DNA of 64,000 bases from Phoronis australis (GCA_002633005.1 NMRA01000616.1:175378-239377); one strand, 5' to 3'; positions 28,801 through 40,899 are shown, counted from the first letter of the stretch. Made by a program: numbers and translations. Notes: generated by a model from the letters alone, not told the origin.

Positions 28801-31800
28801 TGGCGGAAAACAGCACATCAAAAGACGAGGACGATTTCGAGCGAGAACTGGACAATTATTATACAGACAGGGAGGAGAGAGCAAACGGGCATCGCAGCCA
28901 ATGAATTTGATTTCTGTATTTAGTGAACTTTCGTCGGCATTGAGGCCGTATAAATTCGACCCACTTGCACGCGAAATGCTTCAGTCATATATGAACAGCA
29001 ACCAACTAAACCGACGGGCGGCCAGTATTTCTCAAGTAGACACTTACAAATCACTGACAAAAGCCACAGTAAACCTGGGTCTCTCGTGTATTCACTATTG
29101 GCATGATGGAATGAGCCCACGGTGTGAACTCAATAAATAAGCCTACGTGTCGTAACACTCGATCTGGGCAGGGGTTGAGGGCCTGGCATCAATTGCCCTA
29201 AAATGAAGCAGTTTGTTCGGTATCCATAAGATTTGCATATCAAGTCCTTCATCATCCCTGCCGAAAAAAGTGTGGCTCCCGACTAAATCGCATGTTTCAC
29301 AAACCGATGCCATTTCTGCGCAACGTTCACGCATTTAGCAAATTTGAACACAGAGGCGTTCTCAGTTAAGCTGCTGTTACTACAGCCTCCAGAAACGCAC
29401 ATTTCCATGTCTGAAAAAGGTGACTCTTTGTGGATTTTTCTATCACAACTCCTCAGTATCGCACTGGTAAAATCATCAACCGCAGAGAGGGTCTTCTATC
29501 CATTACGTACAGCCAAAAATTTTTTTTTTTTTTCTTAAATTGCGGCTTGTTTCCAACCAATAGGTATACAAAAGGTTACTAAATTTCGTATGATGTATTA
29601 GTAAAATTCTTTTTGAGACACAGGGTCGTGGTGAGAACTCTTTAAGAGGAAAGATGTAAAGACTCGAGACAGATAAGGTGGAGCAATGAAAAGCCGCAGT
29701 TGCTTAAACACACGCGATAATTCCTTGTGATATTGTGTATAGTTCTATAGGTTGTTGCATCAACGCAAGACTGAGTTCCGAAAGCACTTTTTTCTGTCAT
29801 TGTGGAGCTCTAAAACAATTGGTTTGAGACACATTCCAACCCCTTCCGTTAACACGGGTACTGACTCAGACGTACAAGGAATTATAATTATGATTTATGT
29901 GAATTATTACAATGTTTGCTTTCGTATATGGCTTTGCTTTGTTGTACTGAGCATTGTGCTTTTTGTTGTTTCAGCTGGTGATTTCTGAAGACAACTTTTT
30001 TCAGAACTACGTAAATATCCTGAAGTTTATTTCCCAAACACGAGTGAAACGCTTGACAGAATCAGTAAAGGACCAGTAAGCTCAAATTTCAGGCTAATTT
30101 TCAAAGATTCATGTTACAATAAAAGTTTGTGGGTGCGGAAATGTAATGTAAGCAAAAACTTAAAATTCATTTGCAAGAACGGGTACGCGACATGTTTGTG
30201 GCATTTTTGCGAAAGTAGACCATACATTACTCTTACATTTAACATTTTGTCTCAGAATTTTTTTTTTGGTTCATCGATTTAAGAAATCGAATAAAATGAA
30301 GACTGAGGCAGTGTACATACCTTGCTTGGGTGTCAAAAAGCAACTACCTTTCAATGCAACATCTCACGTTTTTATTGTTTGTTTGAACTGAATTTCCAAA
30401 TCATCAATTTCCTGGACTTTATACGAGAGCTATATTACTTCAGCAGCAACTACGTTTATTGTTTTAAATTAGATAAATTTCACGATGAGGAGTAACTTAA
30501 TGCCGAGTTTAGTCTGAAGTAATAACTAAATTTCAGTTCTTCCCAAGTCTGTATTAAGCCGTGAGTAAGCTAAATCAAAAACTGTTTTTGACAAAAGGTG
30601 CGAGTTAATTGGACTTTGAATTCGACCGGTCTATCGATCTGTAGTGCTGCTCTAGGTCATCGATGTACGAGTGCTTTGTCGATCTTTTTAGGACATACCT
30701 CTCATAAATCATGCACGTTCATGTAATAAAGGGAATTCAAGTGTCTTCCAACCATTCCGAATGTAACCTGCTGGAAATTCTTGCGGTGATCTCAATCTCG
30801 AGACAGCGTGATGCGCTTATCAATCGCTACCTACCTTATGATTGGCTGCTGTCTAACGTTAGATTGAGTCCATCCATTGACTGAGATATTCGATCACTCA
30901 ACGAAAGTCAAGTAACAGCCAATCACAGGATAGGTATCGCTAGATAAGTGTGTCACGGTAATTATGAGATTAAGAACATCGCGCCACTATAGGCAGACTT
31001 TCCCCCAGGAATGGATGAAGGACACTTGATTTCCTTATGAGGGTGTGTGCTAAAAAGACCGAGATACGCGCCTGTGATCTAAAGCATCCATTAAGCGAAT
31101 GATAACTGAAAGATAGTTACGAAATAGTATGTGACATGCAAAGTATATCAGAAGCTTTCCAGTGCTGAAGTCATTGAGGTCATGTTATTGCTCTTTCTTT
31201 CAGGTGGGATAAGATGCCACAAGTTGTAGATGCACACTACAAACCGCTCACCAACGAAATATTTATCATGGCTGGAATACTTCAACCACCCTTTTATGAT
31301 CGTCAATTTCCTAAGTAATGTAACAACGCCAGCAACAAACTGACACCAACCGTACTTCCGTAGCCAAAAATCCTTAAAGCCTAACTTTAACGGAATTTTG
31401 TTATTTTAGGTGTAGGGGCTAACAAAATGGTCCTAGCAAAGCCTTAGTAAAATAAGAAAATGCGAGTTCAATCGCGCAAATGTAAGCCCGTCAAATGATA
31501 AGTGAAGCTGCTATCTGTGCGATGTTGCGTCACAGCTGTGTTGAACAGGGGTCTAAATAGAACACCATTGAGTACTCAGAGCGATTTTTTTGACAAACTG
31601 TAGGAACTAAATTGACAGGTGTTATCGTTCAAGATAGCTTTTAACTTAAAACATAGAACTCTAGGGCTGGATTGCCAACTCCTGCACATAACCTATACAT
31701 TCTACTACTAGATCTAGCAACCCGGTGACTAGTGGCCAGAGTAACAGAATTTCCGGCTGCCTGCTGGACTGAGCGTTGATCGAGGGTTGTAGTTATCAAA

Positions 31801-32384
31801 TCAAGCCTTATTTCGTTGTTTTATTTCATTTTGTTGTTATTCTTCATCAAGCAAGACTCGTAAGGTACGGCTCCATTCAATTAGTGATGTCTCGGTAAGT
31901 TTAGTCCCCAAACCCAACAATTACACCGGTCATTCCTTATAAGCATTGACCTGTGTACCTGGGAGGATGCCAAGAGTAGTTTGGCCTCTGATATATTTTT
32001 AGCTCCAGTTGTAGAACCACTTTCGACGACCTATCATACCGCATGCTAGGAGCTTTTAACAAGTCAACTTTGGCTGATAAAAGTATTCTATTACAAAAAA
32101 TATATTTTGCCTAAATGAAAAGCTCAGGCCTTAAAAACGTGTGTTTAACACGTAACTTTCTAAAAATTGCTCATAATTGCTCTCTCTCTCTCTCTCTCTN
32201 NNNNNNNNNNNNNNNNNNNNNNNNNNNNNNNNNNNNNNNNNNNNNNNNNNNNNNNNNNNNNNNNNNNNNNNNNNNNNNNNNNNNNNNNNNNNNNNNNNNN
32301 NNNNNNNNNNNNNNNNNNNNNNNNNNNNNNNNNNNNNNNNNNNNNNNNNNNNNNNNNNNNNNNNNNNNNNNNNNNNNNNNNNNN

Positions 32385-32415
<31 letters not shown>

Positions 32416-35400
32416 GTCTATACCCGTAAAATAAAATTAAAAATGAAAAGTTTTCCTTGTAAAAGAACCCAATCCAATACTTCGTGTTTTTGACAGCATA
32501 GAGTATTTGCCAATGACCCCCCTCTTAGCGGACTGTCCCACGTTTTGGATTTTTTTAGCATCTCGCCACACCATCTGAAGGTTTTCGACACACGTCCAAA
32601 CTAACCTATCATCAGTTACCATGATAATTTCTAATAGCCACATTTCCCGCTCGACTAAAAACAAAAATAGTACGTTTCATTGGTTTTTGCAGCACCTGCA
32701 ATTTCCGTTGTTGGGCATTTTTGGGTATTACATCTCCCGTTCGGCAAAAAACGTTGTCGCTCCGTCTCTGTGTGTTGCAGCGAACATTTTATCCTTAAGT
32801 TTTTGCTTAGACTAAGGTCTCACGCTTTTTATCTTTTGGTCCCGCGTTTCAATCCAGTTGTTCCTTTTCTTTCCTTATTGAATGTCGACTGTCACAACTA
32901 TATAATAGGTGCTCAAAATAACAGTGTCTCATTTTACAAATATTGTTATCTTCCAAAGTCCACTTTCTGTAGTAACTTAACAATCGTAAAACTGTGTTCC
33001 AATATCTGTTGTTTATTATAACATGCATCTGTACACTATCAGGATCACTAACTTTTTCTTTCCGTCAGAAAATAGTTTATTTCTTAATTTTTACTGAAAG
33101 TCCTACACTGCTATCCACAGTACATTTCACACTCACGTGATCGATATTTGCCCATTTATATTCATTAGAAAACCTATATCTTCCGCGAATTTCCGATAGA
33201 GTAGTTTATCGCATTTTTTTAAATGTCAATGCATTCTGTTTTTCACTGAAGAATGTAATTGTATCAAACGGCACCAAAGGTCCAATTAATTATATCGTGT
33301 AAATATGTATCATTTTGGATGAATACCTGACTAAATTACTAACAGCAAGTGTGAGGGATCCATATTCTAAACTATTTGTCTTTACTGGGTAGACATTTTT
33401 TGAATCATTGAAATTATTTCTTTATGGGCTTAACTAGTCATTTATATAACTTCTCTCGCCTTGTTCATTTAATTTTATGTTGCATTACACGCTGTTATTT
33501 TTCGCACTTGAATATGCAAAATGACAATTATCTGTGAATTAAAATATTTATCATTTGCTTCTAATATAATCACCAAGAACTGCCGAAGCGCTTTCTAATA
33601 GTATGGTTCTTTCTTATTGCGTCCTGTTGAAAAACAGGTAATGGTGAAAAGTTTTAATGGCAGTAAATTTCATATCAAGTACACACACCGGAACAGTCGA
33701 GTACAGCCAAATTTCACGCTGTTACTCAGCGGCTGCAAGATCAGAGATGGCATTCCAGGGGTAAATTTCTACAATTGAAACTAAGATAAGTTAAAAACAT
33801 TGTCTGTAAGTTGCACTCCTGATATGGGGCGACTCTTAATTGTCTTCTGACAAGCCTAAAACCAAAACAAAAGAAACTTTGCCATTCCTTGTATTCGCGT
33901 CCCAACGTGGCAGGCACGCTACTTTGTGCCGGGATATGCACCCTTGTTCTTACTTTTCGAAGGCACGATAGGGCCTACTTAGGACCTCGATTAGATAAAT
34001 TTCAAATAATTTACTGACAGTTAGTTAGTAGGGGCATAAATACATTGTTGACCTTTATTCAATATGGGGAAGATCATGTGAGTTAAGGCACAAATTCGAT
34101 CAGTCAAAAATATTTCATGACAAACCACATTCGATGTCTCAATAAAAATTAGATCTTGATTTTTAAAAGGATACTGGGTAGTGTTTTGGTGATTTTAACT
34201 AATTTTGGTTCTGTCATCTGCTAATGCATCATTGGCGTCCCAAGGGAATGTTAAAAACATGTTTCATTCCCGTTTACATGTACGTCACAGATTGGATATT
34301 GTGGCTCTAGATGAGTGATTTTCCCTAAAGTTGCCATGGTAACTCGCCTAAAGTATAGATCACACTTGCCTGCTTATTAGACTTTGTATAGAAGTTTTCA
34401 AAATTTGTCCCAAAACGTCAAGGTTAGTTGAAGGTTGCAGAGCACCATTTTTTTGCTTAGAATTTGATGTATATCTTTTAATAGGCCTGAACCGGGGTTG
34501 AGATCCTTTTAACTTCGATATTGCTTGTGTAGTCACGTATACAATAGTGTCTTTTCTCCTTATTTATGCGGTCGTCATGAATTTCAGATCCCTGAATTTT
34601 GGAGCTCTCGGTACAGTACTTGGGCACGAATTGACGCACGGGTTTGACAGTCGAGGTAACTCATTGGTGAAGGGGTGCTGCAGACAAGACGCTTTCGTCA
34701 TTTTCTCAAATTCTCACAACAGAAGAGAGGAGTGGCAAGTGTGGCAAACCGAAATTTAACAATTTCTACACAATGTAGAGAGTGTGGAACAGTCTAACGA
34801 TCTTTATAAATCGACCCTACTAGTCCAGGTTAGGTAGACCCAAGCTCACTTGCAACGAATCATCGTCGCTTATGGAGCAGAAACAATGAATTCCGTATCA
34901 TAATACTGTATTCCAATGTAATTGATCAATCACTTATGTGCTCGCCATCGATGTTTTGAAGTATACGCTAGAAAGCTTCCGAGCATATTGCCAAACACTA
35001 GCACTTCACTCGCGTGATTTTGAGAGATTTCAGTTTTCTTGAACGTCTACTGAGTTCACCACCGTCTTAAACTGGAGACTCATCCTGTGCATTTTCTAGC
35101 CTTTGATAGCCACCAATATCTTGTCACGGTATACCATAAACATAAAACTGCAATATCTTATCATTGGTTTGTGACTATTCCTCAAATTGTCAAAGGAGGT
35201 TATGACTTATTGAATTTGAAAACATCGATAAGCTAAGAATCTGTCGCAGCACTTTTCTGTTCAGTATCGATTTTTAATTACGAAATAGCTACTCAACACT
35301 ACCACTCGAACTGTTCCTAAGAGTTTTGTTTCCAGCCCTTTCTTTATTCGACCATCTGATTATTTTGCTTTCCATTTTCAGCTGAGTTTGGTGAAACATT

Positions 35401-38400
35401 TAGGGAGAAGACGCAGTGTTTTATAGATCAGTACTCAAAATATCCAGTCTATAATCATTATGTAAGTTGAGAATCATGATATTTACAATTAAAAACAATC
35501 GTTGCGTTGCATCACTGAGCATTAGCTTTGAAGGATGAGAATCATCCAGTCCAGAAACAAAAGAGTTGTCGTGCAGTTGATTGTGTGCTCTGTAGTACAC
35601 ATATAGGGCTGCTAGCAACTCGAGGCAGCCAAATGCAGTGCAACGTATTTCGTATTAAATTGCACTTACGTCATTACCCGGACGTCCAAAGAGGACAGTC
35701 GGCTTCGTGTTTTCGCTAGAATTTTCCAGGATAGACGGATAGTGTGGTTTTTGAATGGACGGCGTATCTTTGCCGAGGAAAAATTGAACAGTCAAGGAGT
35801 TTCATCTGTTCGGCTAGCCCTGTTGATTTCTGGTAAAATCAACAGAAGATTGTCTTTCATGTTTCTAAAATTACCGACTGGCTGAGGCAAATTTCGGCCA
35901 GGATCCTGACCGGTTCTCAACGACAGACAGCCATTATCGTATTCGTGAAAGGACGCGGTATCTCATGCAGTTTTTGTCTAACGTGCTTTAATAGCTGAAG
36001 ATATGATTAGCCAAGTTAGGTTTACCTGCTTCTGAGTAGACCGATTAGGATAGTAATTGAGCCTTACCTTTCGAGACATCCTTGTTGTCTCCAGCACGGC
36101 ATGACTTGCAACAAACCGGTATTGAAAATGAACTGTTCCGTTGCACCGTGGTGTTCGATACTGTTCAGTGCAACTTGAGCGCAATATCGAAACGGGTAAT
36201 TCGACTATTAATAATTTATCAAGTTCGGATACTTTCACTCAAATTATAACAGAAAACACGTTTGAAATTTAGTTTGAAATTGGATACTGTAAGCGATATG
36301 CTAATAATTAAATGAGTAAACTTTTATGTAGTTGGTGTGAAGTAAGACAACATTTCTTAAGTAACTTTTAATTGTGACTGGCTTAAAGTCGAGATACCTG
36401 TCTTCTAATTCCTAAATGTTTAGCAATACTGTCCACAGGTGAACGGCAAAGCAACTCTTCATGAGAACATTGCTGACAACGGCGGGATCCATGCTGCATT
36501 TAAGGTAAGAGATGATATTTTAATTGTTATATCAAGTAGTTGAGGGCTTTTTGTATTTACAATGACAGTCAAACTGCAACACTGGGTCTGTGTGTTGCAG
36601 TGTATCGAGAAGTCGCTTTGTCGGCGAATTACTAAGTTGTGGCTTGACTGTGACAGGCGCAGCTGCTTCCACCAGTATCCATGGTAACCACCACCACAAT
36701 CACAATTACCGCAGTTTGCATCACTGAAAATTAAAACGATCACAATCCTAGCTGCTACTTATCTCATCATCACCGTGGAAATCGTTCCAAACCCTTCAAA
36801 ATGATCAACACTCACTTTCACCGTCTCCAATTTACAAACACCTTTTCAAATGACATCGACATCAACAACACCATTTTGTAAAAAACACGGCCAACACGAA
36901 AACGATCCTCAGAGTCATCGCCATCAGTATAACTCCTTCCATGGCCATTAATGTCATTATTATAAAAACTGACACAAGATCACCACAACAAATTATCACC
37001 ATTACCGCCCAGCCGACCACCAGTCTCTTATACGTCATAGTTGCCATTATAATTACAAGAACTATTGTCGTATTCCGTGACATTTTCTGTCGTGAATAGG
37101 TAGACGCAGGTAGTAACTCACTTGTGCTTTTAATTTTCGGGGCGGCGATGCACTCAGTGAAGATTGATTCGAGTTAACCACTTTATTAATCTCGCCGCAC
37201 GTTCGCAAGTCTACTCAAACAAATTAACACAAGTAACCCATCTATCAGTAAACGGCCGCGCGATACAACTGATGAGTCATGCATATTTTCCCTTTTCCAT
37301 CAGGCCTACGAAAGTTGGGCGGCAAGTAATAGCAAAGAAATGGCTCTTCCAGGACTGAAACTGACACATAAACAGCTGTTCTTTCTAGGATTTTCACAGG
37401 TGAGTGTAGGCGTTCCAAGTTGTCATCCAGAATCCCATTTTCTGGCTACAGTTACGCAGCAAGCGACAAATCGTGAATAATGAGATAGTTTCTCGTTTCA
37501 TTAAGCCATGCAAAATATTGCCATCTTATGAATTTAATGAGCTTAGTAACTTTATTTCCAAATTGATAGATTTTTTAGAAGTTGGTCGTTGTTTCAAATT
37601 ATTATAGAAACAAAAAGAGGTAATTTTATTGTTATTTTCTGCTTACCTTTCGATTTGAACTTACAACATTTGTTATCAAGCTCTGATCGTTCGAAGCATG
37701 ACGTAAAATGACATTTATACCCGAGCAGCACCAAAGGTAATGACGCTCACGGCATAAATAATGCGTTTTGGTTTCGGTTTCTACAGGTATTCTGCTCCTC
37801 GACAACTAAGGAGCAGGCTGCGTTCAGCCTAGAGAACGACCCACACACCCCAGCGAGATATAGGTGAGTGGTACGCATGAGGGGTCCATTATGAGTTCAA
37901 CCGTTGGAGACTAGACGTCAAAACATTAACTTGTCGGCACATCTCAGTCTACTGAACATGGAATGCCTGTTCAATGCCTTGAGCCATGTCCAAACGGAAA
38001 AACGGAGTGACCTTCCGTAGTTTCCTGCTTACGTTGTCAGTGAAAAACTGAGCCGTGCAACGATGAATTTGCTGTCTCGTCCAACGAAAGTTATCCAAAA
38101 ATTGGACCATACAATGCTCGTTCTTGGAGGGCAGTTGAGCACATAGCTGTTTCAGAAAATTGCAGAAAATGACAGAAATAAAATATGCCTTGAGATGTTC
38201 AAATGCGCAATCGCTTATTACTTTAAGAAATCGGACCAGATGGCCTCGTTTGCTAATCTTCACCAGATTCAAATAGTAATTCTCGAATCTCAGTTAGAGA
38301 CGACCTGAAAAAGTTCAGGTGGAGACTTACAGTAGAATACAGTTGGGATAAACCGATATTTGTATCTTGCCAGGACCTTGCTTTGCCATGATCATGAAGG

Positions 38401-39138
38401 TCAGTTAAATTAGATCAAGAAGTCTGGGTCTCCAGACCAGACGTTTGTTCCGTTGAGGCGAGCATCTATCCAACACGGAATTACTGTCACTGCCACGCAA
38501 AGCATAAATCGAACAACTTTCAACTCTTCACATGTTTTTGGTGGTGAAATTCCCGTGTAGTGCAACAAAGCGCGCATAAAGTCTCATTGTTTTTTCTCAC
38601 AGAGACCGAAGCATATCAATATGTTATTTAAGTTGTCCAAGGATTCCTTGAAGAAGTATCTCGGTGTATGATTGCGGGTGAATCTTGATAGTTCGCAGTA
38701 ATAAGACAAACTACCATTCGCCAGTCTCGAGGCGAATTCTGTTAAAAACAGCAATGAGGGCGAAGAGGTCTAAGTACAGAATGGCTTAGCCACCCCACTA
38801 ACTTTCCTTTTAATTAACCTTCATTCTCGGGCTTAGGAGAATACTAACTCTCATAATGAATTGGGCTGCACACTAAGAAACAGTACGGGTAATCCCAGGT
38901 AATTTATACTGAATACTTTTGTCATTTTGTACTGCAAACTCATATTGAAAGTTTGTAAACGTGACCAAAATCGTTCGATTTAATGCTAAATCTAAACCTT
39001 TGTAAATGTACAGTAATAACTCGTGATATTGCATGCAGGATCATTGGGACTTTGTCCAATTCTAAAGACTTCGCGAAGCAATTCAAGTGCAAGGCAGGAA
39101 CACGTATGAATCCGGTAAAGAAGTGCAAGGTGTGGTGA
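7699..39138 (+). CDS. Gene A: M13-family zinc metallopeptidase (neprilysin/ECE-like), 20 coding exons, ~754 aa
   Basis: Twenty exons join with consistent phases to 2265 nt including the stop. N-terminal TM anchor, [32 protein letters not shown] and terminal CKVW* are all present. Orthology to a named M13 gene cannot be assigned. Confidence 0.93.
8263..8296. mobile_element. 34-bp miniature inverted-repeat insertion
   Basis: catagactata...tataatctatg flanked by direct repeat gtgacag (8256-8262, 8297-8303). Confidence 0.5.
8400..9700 (+). mobile_element. 5'-truncated L2/CR1-group LINE (RT C-terminal half + 3' UTR) in intron 1
   Basis: [19 protein letters not shown]...LYADD (ORF 8519-9208); ends with aataaa and a (tac)n tail at ~9678-9700. 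Confidence 0.9.
10155..12746 (-). mobile_element. Internally deleted Ty3/Gypsy LTR retrotransposon (Gmr1-like domain order) in intron 1
   Basis: LTRs 10155-10739 and 12092-12746 (TG...CA); 5-bp TSD acaag (10150-10154, 12747-12751); PBS at 12072-12089; gag remnant (ERFERYL...[19 protein letters not shown]); RNase H remnants [13 protein letters not shown] and [26 protein letters not shown]. Confidence 0.92.
12072..12089 (-). promoter_or_regulatory. Primer-binding site, tRNA-Arg(ACG)-like
   Basis: TGGCGAGCACGCCAGGAG lies 2 nt inside the 5' LTR boundary. The tRNA identity is from recollection of Arg-ACG 3' ends and was not verified. Confidence 0.65.
13765..15120 (+). repeat. Dispersed ~100-bp direct repeat (copies ~13765-13865 and ~15015-15120)
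   Basis: Both copies share ggttg.attctgtt.cagtggcagagaaccgt...gcaatttagtctgt...cgttccag. Confidence 0.6.
15719..15854. mobile_element. Two adjacent tiny hAT-like MITE remnants
   Basis: catgggcg...gcccatg (15719-15780) and catgggtggcgc...gcgcctcccatg (15783-15854). Confidence 0.4.
16880..17146 (+). CDS. M13 gene A exon 2
   Basis: [35 protein letters not shown]; gtgaga donor. An alternative in-frame acceptor would start the exon at 16799. Confidence 0.92.
18543..18666 (+). CDS. M13 gene A exon 3
   Basis: ccag|...[17 protein letters not shown]...LDLIR|gtgagt. Confidence 0.92.
20785..20938 (+). CDS. M13 gene A exon 4
   Basis: ttag|SLGGWNI...FDLNLLL...PFFGL...EIG|gtaagg. Confidence 0.88.
21145..21213 (+). 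CDS. M13 gene A exon 5
   Basis: ttcag|[23 protein letters not shown]|gtaaat; phase 0-0, divergent sequence. Confidence 0.7.
21401..21517 (+). CDS. M13 gene A exon 6
   Basis: ccag|[17 protein letters not shown]...IEFEMKLAK|gtaagt. Confidence 0.88.
23421..23522 (+). CDS. M13 gene A exon 7
   Basis: ttag|VSLSDEY...[15 protein letters not shown]|gtaagt. Confidence 0.85.
23898..24040 (+). CDS. M13 gene A exon 8
   Basis: aag|IDWLDYFK...[14 protein letters not shown]|gtaagt. Confidence 0.88.
24140..24490 (+). repeat. Imperfect ~200-bp tandem duplication in intron 8
   Basis: tgttattttttgtgaa.actgcaa..ttcgccgactttgcaccca..ttgtgtttac occurs at ~24228 and ~24430. Confidence 0.6.
25582..25685 (+). CDS. 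M13 gene A exon 9 (GC donor)
   Basis: ttcag|[19 protein letters not shown]...IYG|gcaagt. Confidence 0.88.
25733..26580 (+). repeat. ~90-bp direct repeat in intron 9 (copies ~25733-25825 and ~26484-26580)
   Basis: Both copies share tctcagtcagtccaacgtggtac.agcaaa...ttcctcgga. Confidence 0.6.
26828..26946 (+). CDS. M13 gene A exon 10
   Basis: acag|...[26 protein letters not shown]...DK|gttggt. Confidence 0.9.
27431..27529 (+). CDS. M13 gene A exon 11
   Basis: gcag|[22 protein letters not shown]...AIKDK|gtgtgt. Confidence 0.9.
27880..27974 (+). mobile_element. Short 3' end of a LINE/SINE with (TAAA)n tail
   Basis: Stem-loop-like gaggtcccc...cagt..actg..ggggctaccctc followed by about seven taaa units. 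Confidence 0.5.
28480..28557 (+). CDS. M13 gene A exon 12
   Basis: ttcag|[14 protein letters not shown]....LDEKYKG|gtaaga. Confidence 0.9.
29975..30075 (+). CDS. M13 gene A exon 13
   Basis: ttcag|[18 protein letters not shown]...LTESVKD|gtaagc. Confidence 0.9.
30732..31035. mobile_element. Palindromic MITE in intron 13 (paralogous copy at ~55535-55830)
   Basis: TIRs ggaattcaagtgtcttccaaccattcc / ggaatggatgaaggacacttgatttcc, plus internal inverted arms around gattggctg/cagccaatc. Confidence 0.6.
31204..31314 (+). CDS. M13 gene A exon 14
   Basis: ttcag|[36 protein letters not shown]|gtaatg. Confidence 0.93.
32180..32413. repeat. (CT)n microsatellite spanning an assembly gap (N ~32200-32384)
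   Basis: ct repeats flank both sides of the N run. Confidence 0.95.
34588..34655 (+). CDS. M13 gene A exon 15 (HExxH)
   Basis: ttcag|[22 protein letters not shown]|gtaact. Confidence 0.95.
35382..35461 (+). CDS. M13 gene A exon 16
   Basis: ttcag|[26 protein letters not shown]|gtaagt. Confidence 0.9.
36439..36504 (+). CDS. M13 gene A exon 17 (third Zn ligand)
   Basis: acag|[22 protein letters not shown]|gtaaga. Confidence 0.95.
37304..37399 (+). CDS. M13 gene A exon 18
   Basis: tcag|AYESW...[18 protein letters not shown]|gtgagt. Confidence 0.95.
37787..37863 (+). CDS. M13 gene A exon 19
   Basis: acag|[26 protein letters not shown]|gtgagt. Confidence 0.95.
39039..39138 (+). CDS. M13 gene A exon 20 (terminal)
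   Basis: gcag|[32 protein letters not shown]. Confidence 0.95.
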
Positions 39139-39294
39139 ACCAGAAGCCCAAGGACATTTCTAGGAGCGAAAGAGGACGAAATATTGCCTTGGATATTATT
39201 ATTCAAATTAACTGCATGTATTGAATGAATATTCACTGCGCTGTTACCTAGCATAGTTTATTTGTAAACCGACCTTAAAAACTTATCTATGGAA

Positions 39295-39300
39295 AATAAA
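39295..39300 (+). terminator. Candidate polyadenylation signal of gene A
   Basis: First aataaa ~160 nt after the stop codon; a second occurs at 39511-39516. Confidence 0.45.
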
Positions 39301-40427
39301 TATTGAGACGGTAGAAGTCATGAGCATAAGCCAGCGTTATACAGAGACAGTGGCTACGGATTACCGGTGTTAATCTGCGGTAACTTTATTGCATATCAGT
39401 ACCGAACTTGTGTGCCTCTAAGAGCACGTGCAAACTTGCTTTGAAAATTCAATGTACCTTTTAGCTTTACCATATGTAGATACATGTATGTTGTAATTGG
39501 TTTGATCAAGAATAAATTTGGGAAACACATTCCATTTTCTAATAGCATTTTCTCGTTTCTGCTAGTCATAAGGGAACTCGTACTCTAACAGTTGGCCTTT
39601 TGTCATCCTGACGCTCAATCAGGAAAGTTAAGAGGTGGTAGATTTTCAAAAATCAATCTATACCTCAAAATTCAAAACTATTTCATTTTTTGTACTTAGA
39701 TAGGTATCCTATCAAAAATTTAAATGCCACATTTTATGCACCCAATGACCCTTAATTTCACCGTTGGACCTTCAGACCACAATTGGTTATAATATCGGTC
39801 TCGATAACTGTATGCTTTCAGCAGCGAAAATAAGAAATCTTACAAAATAGATTGAAAGTTATGCTTTGGTGGCTGGAAGAACCAATTTATACTGTGCATA
39901 ATTATTTGGCATTGATTCAAAATTGACAGCTTTGTGCTAGACAGGGGAGATAATCCATAGACTACCTTTCCTAGGAAATTTTATTGGCTGCTTCGTGTCC
40001 CTCTTAGTCTACAGCCACATTGCACCTTGTAGCCTTATGTAACTTTTTGAAAAAACATACTTCCTTACATTCTTTTGAAAATTGTCTTACAAAACTGTCT
40101 ATTTTGGAAATGATGAGCAGAGATTATAGAGCATTGGAACGCAAATTTGAGTTCTCCGACGATATAGAGTATCTTAGAATGCTCTTCGATAAGAAGTGGT
40201 GACGACAATTTTGGAAAACGAACTCAAAAGGAACTGTAGAACAGATCCTCACAGCTGACTCGAACGCACTAGAAACAAAAAAATGGCGGGAAATTCTTAA
40301 CCCCCTCAACGTCACTTCCACTGTAGTGCACGACTAATTAATGATATTATGGAGAGCCGTAATTAATTGAAACACATGTCTGGTATTATCAACGAACCGT
40401 AATTTACTAAAAGTGACATGAAAGATA

Positions 40428-40632
40428 CATAAGCGGACTTAGGGAGGGCAGGGGACCCACCCTCCCTCCCCTTGGGTGCCGGAAGCAAAACGATTCTCTG
40501 AAACAAAGGTCCACATCCTCGGCCCCCGCCACCCACAATTTTCGGGCCGCCTGTGCACGTACAACCGCGCTTTGCCCAATTCTCCGAGGCAACATGTTCG
40601 GCCCCCCTTATGGTATCCTAGGTCCGCCACTG
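40428..40632. mobile_element. hAT-like MITE
   Basis: TIRs cataagcggacttagg / cctaggtccgccactg; imperfect 8-bp TSD gaaagata/gaaaaatg. The paralogous inverted site at ~48070-48100 is empty. Confidence 0.8.
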
Positions 40633-40899
40633 GAAAAATGCTCTCCTCTTTAATAGATTTGTGTTAAGTACATGCATACGATAGTAGCATTGACCTTAGT
40701 TATCGAAAGCCAGTGGCGGTTTAATATGCACATAGGTGTGAGGGATCGCTGCTAAACTGAGCCGTCGGCACCGTCAGAAGTCGTACAATGCAGAGATCAT
40801 ATAATATACTAGTATTTCAATCTGCATACAGAGCGCACCATAATCTGCGAGACACTTTGCTTCTGGGTTGACTGAATCTAATAATTCGAATGTAGTACT

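Noticed and set aside
34656-34680. Read-through GNSLVK(G/W)C resembling GNLVDWW
   Set aside because: No phase-compatible downstream donor exists, and gene A has G rather than W; probably coincidence.
35100-35128. Possible micro-exon [10 protein letters not shown] supplying the missing FDxxGxLV segment
   Set aside because: The donor phase does not match exon 16, and the gene B homolog reads [10 protein letters not shown], so it is not conserved.
36620-37080. Hydrophobic Val/Met/Thr-rich ORFs here and at 51145-51755
   Set aside because: They derive from decayed (CAT/CAC)n-like low-complexity intron sequence, and the frames are not conserved between paralogs.
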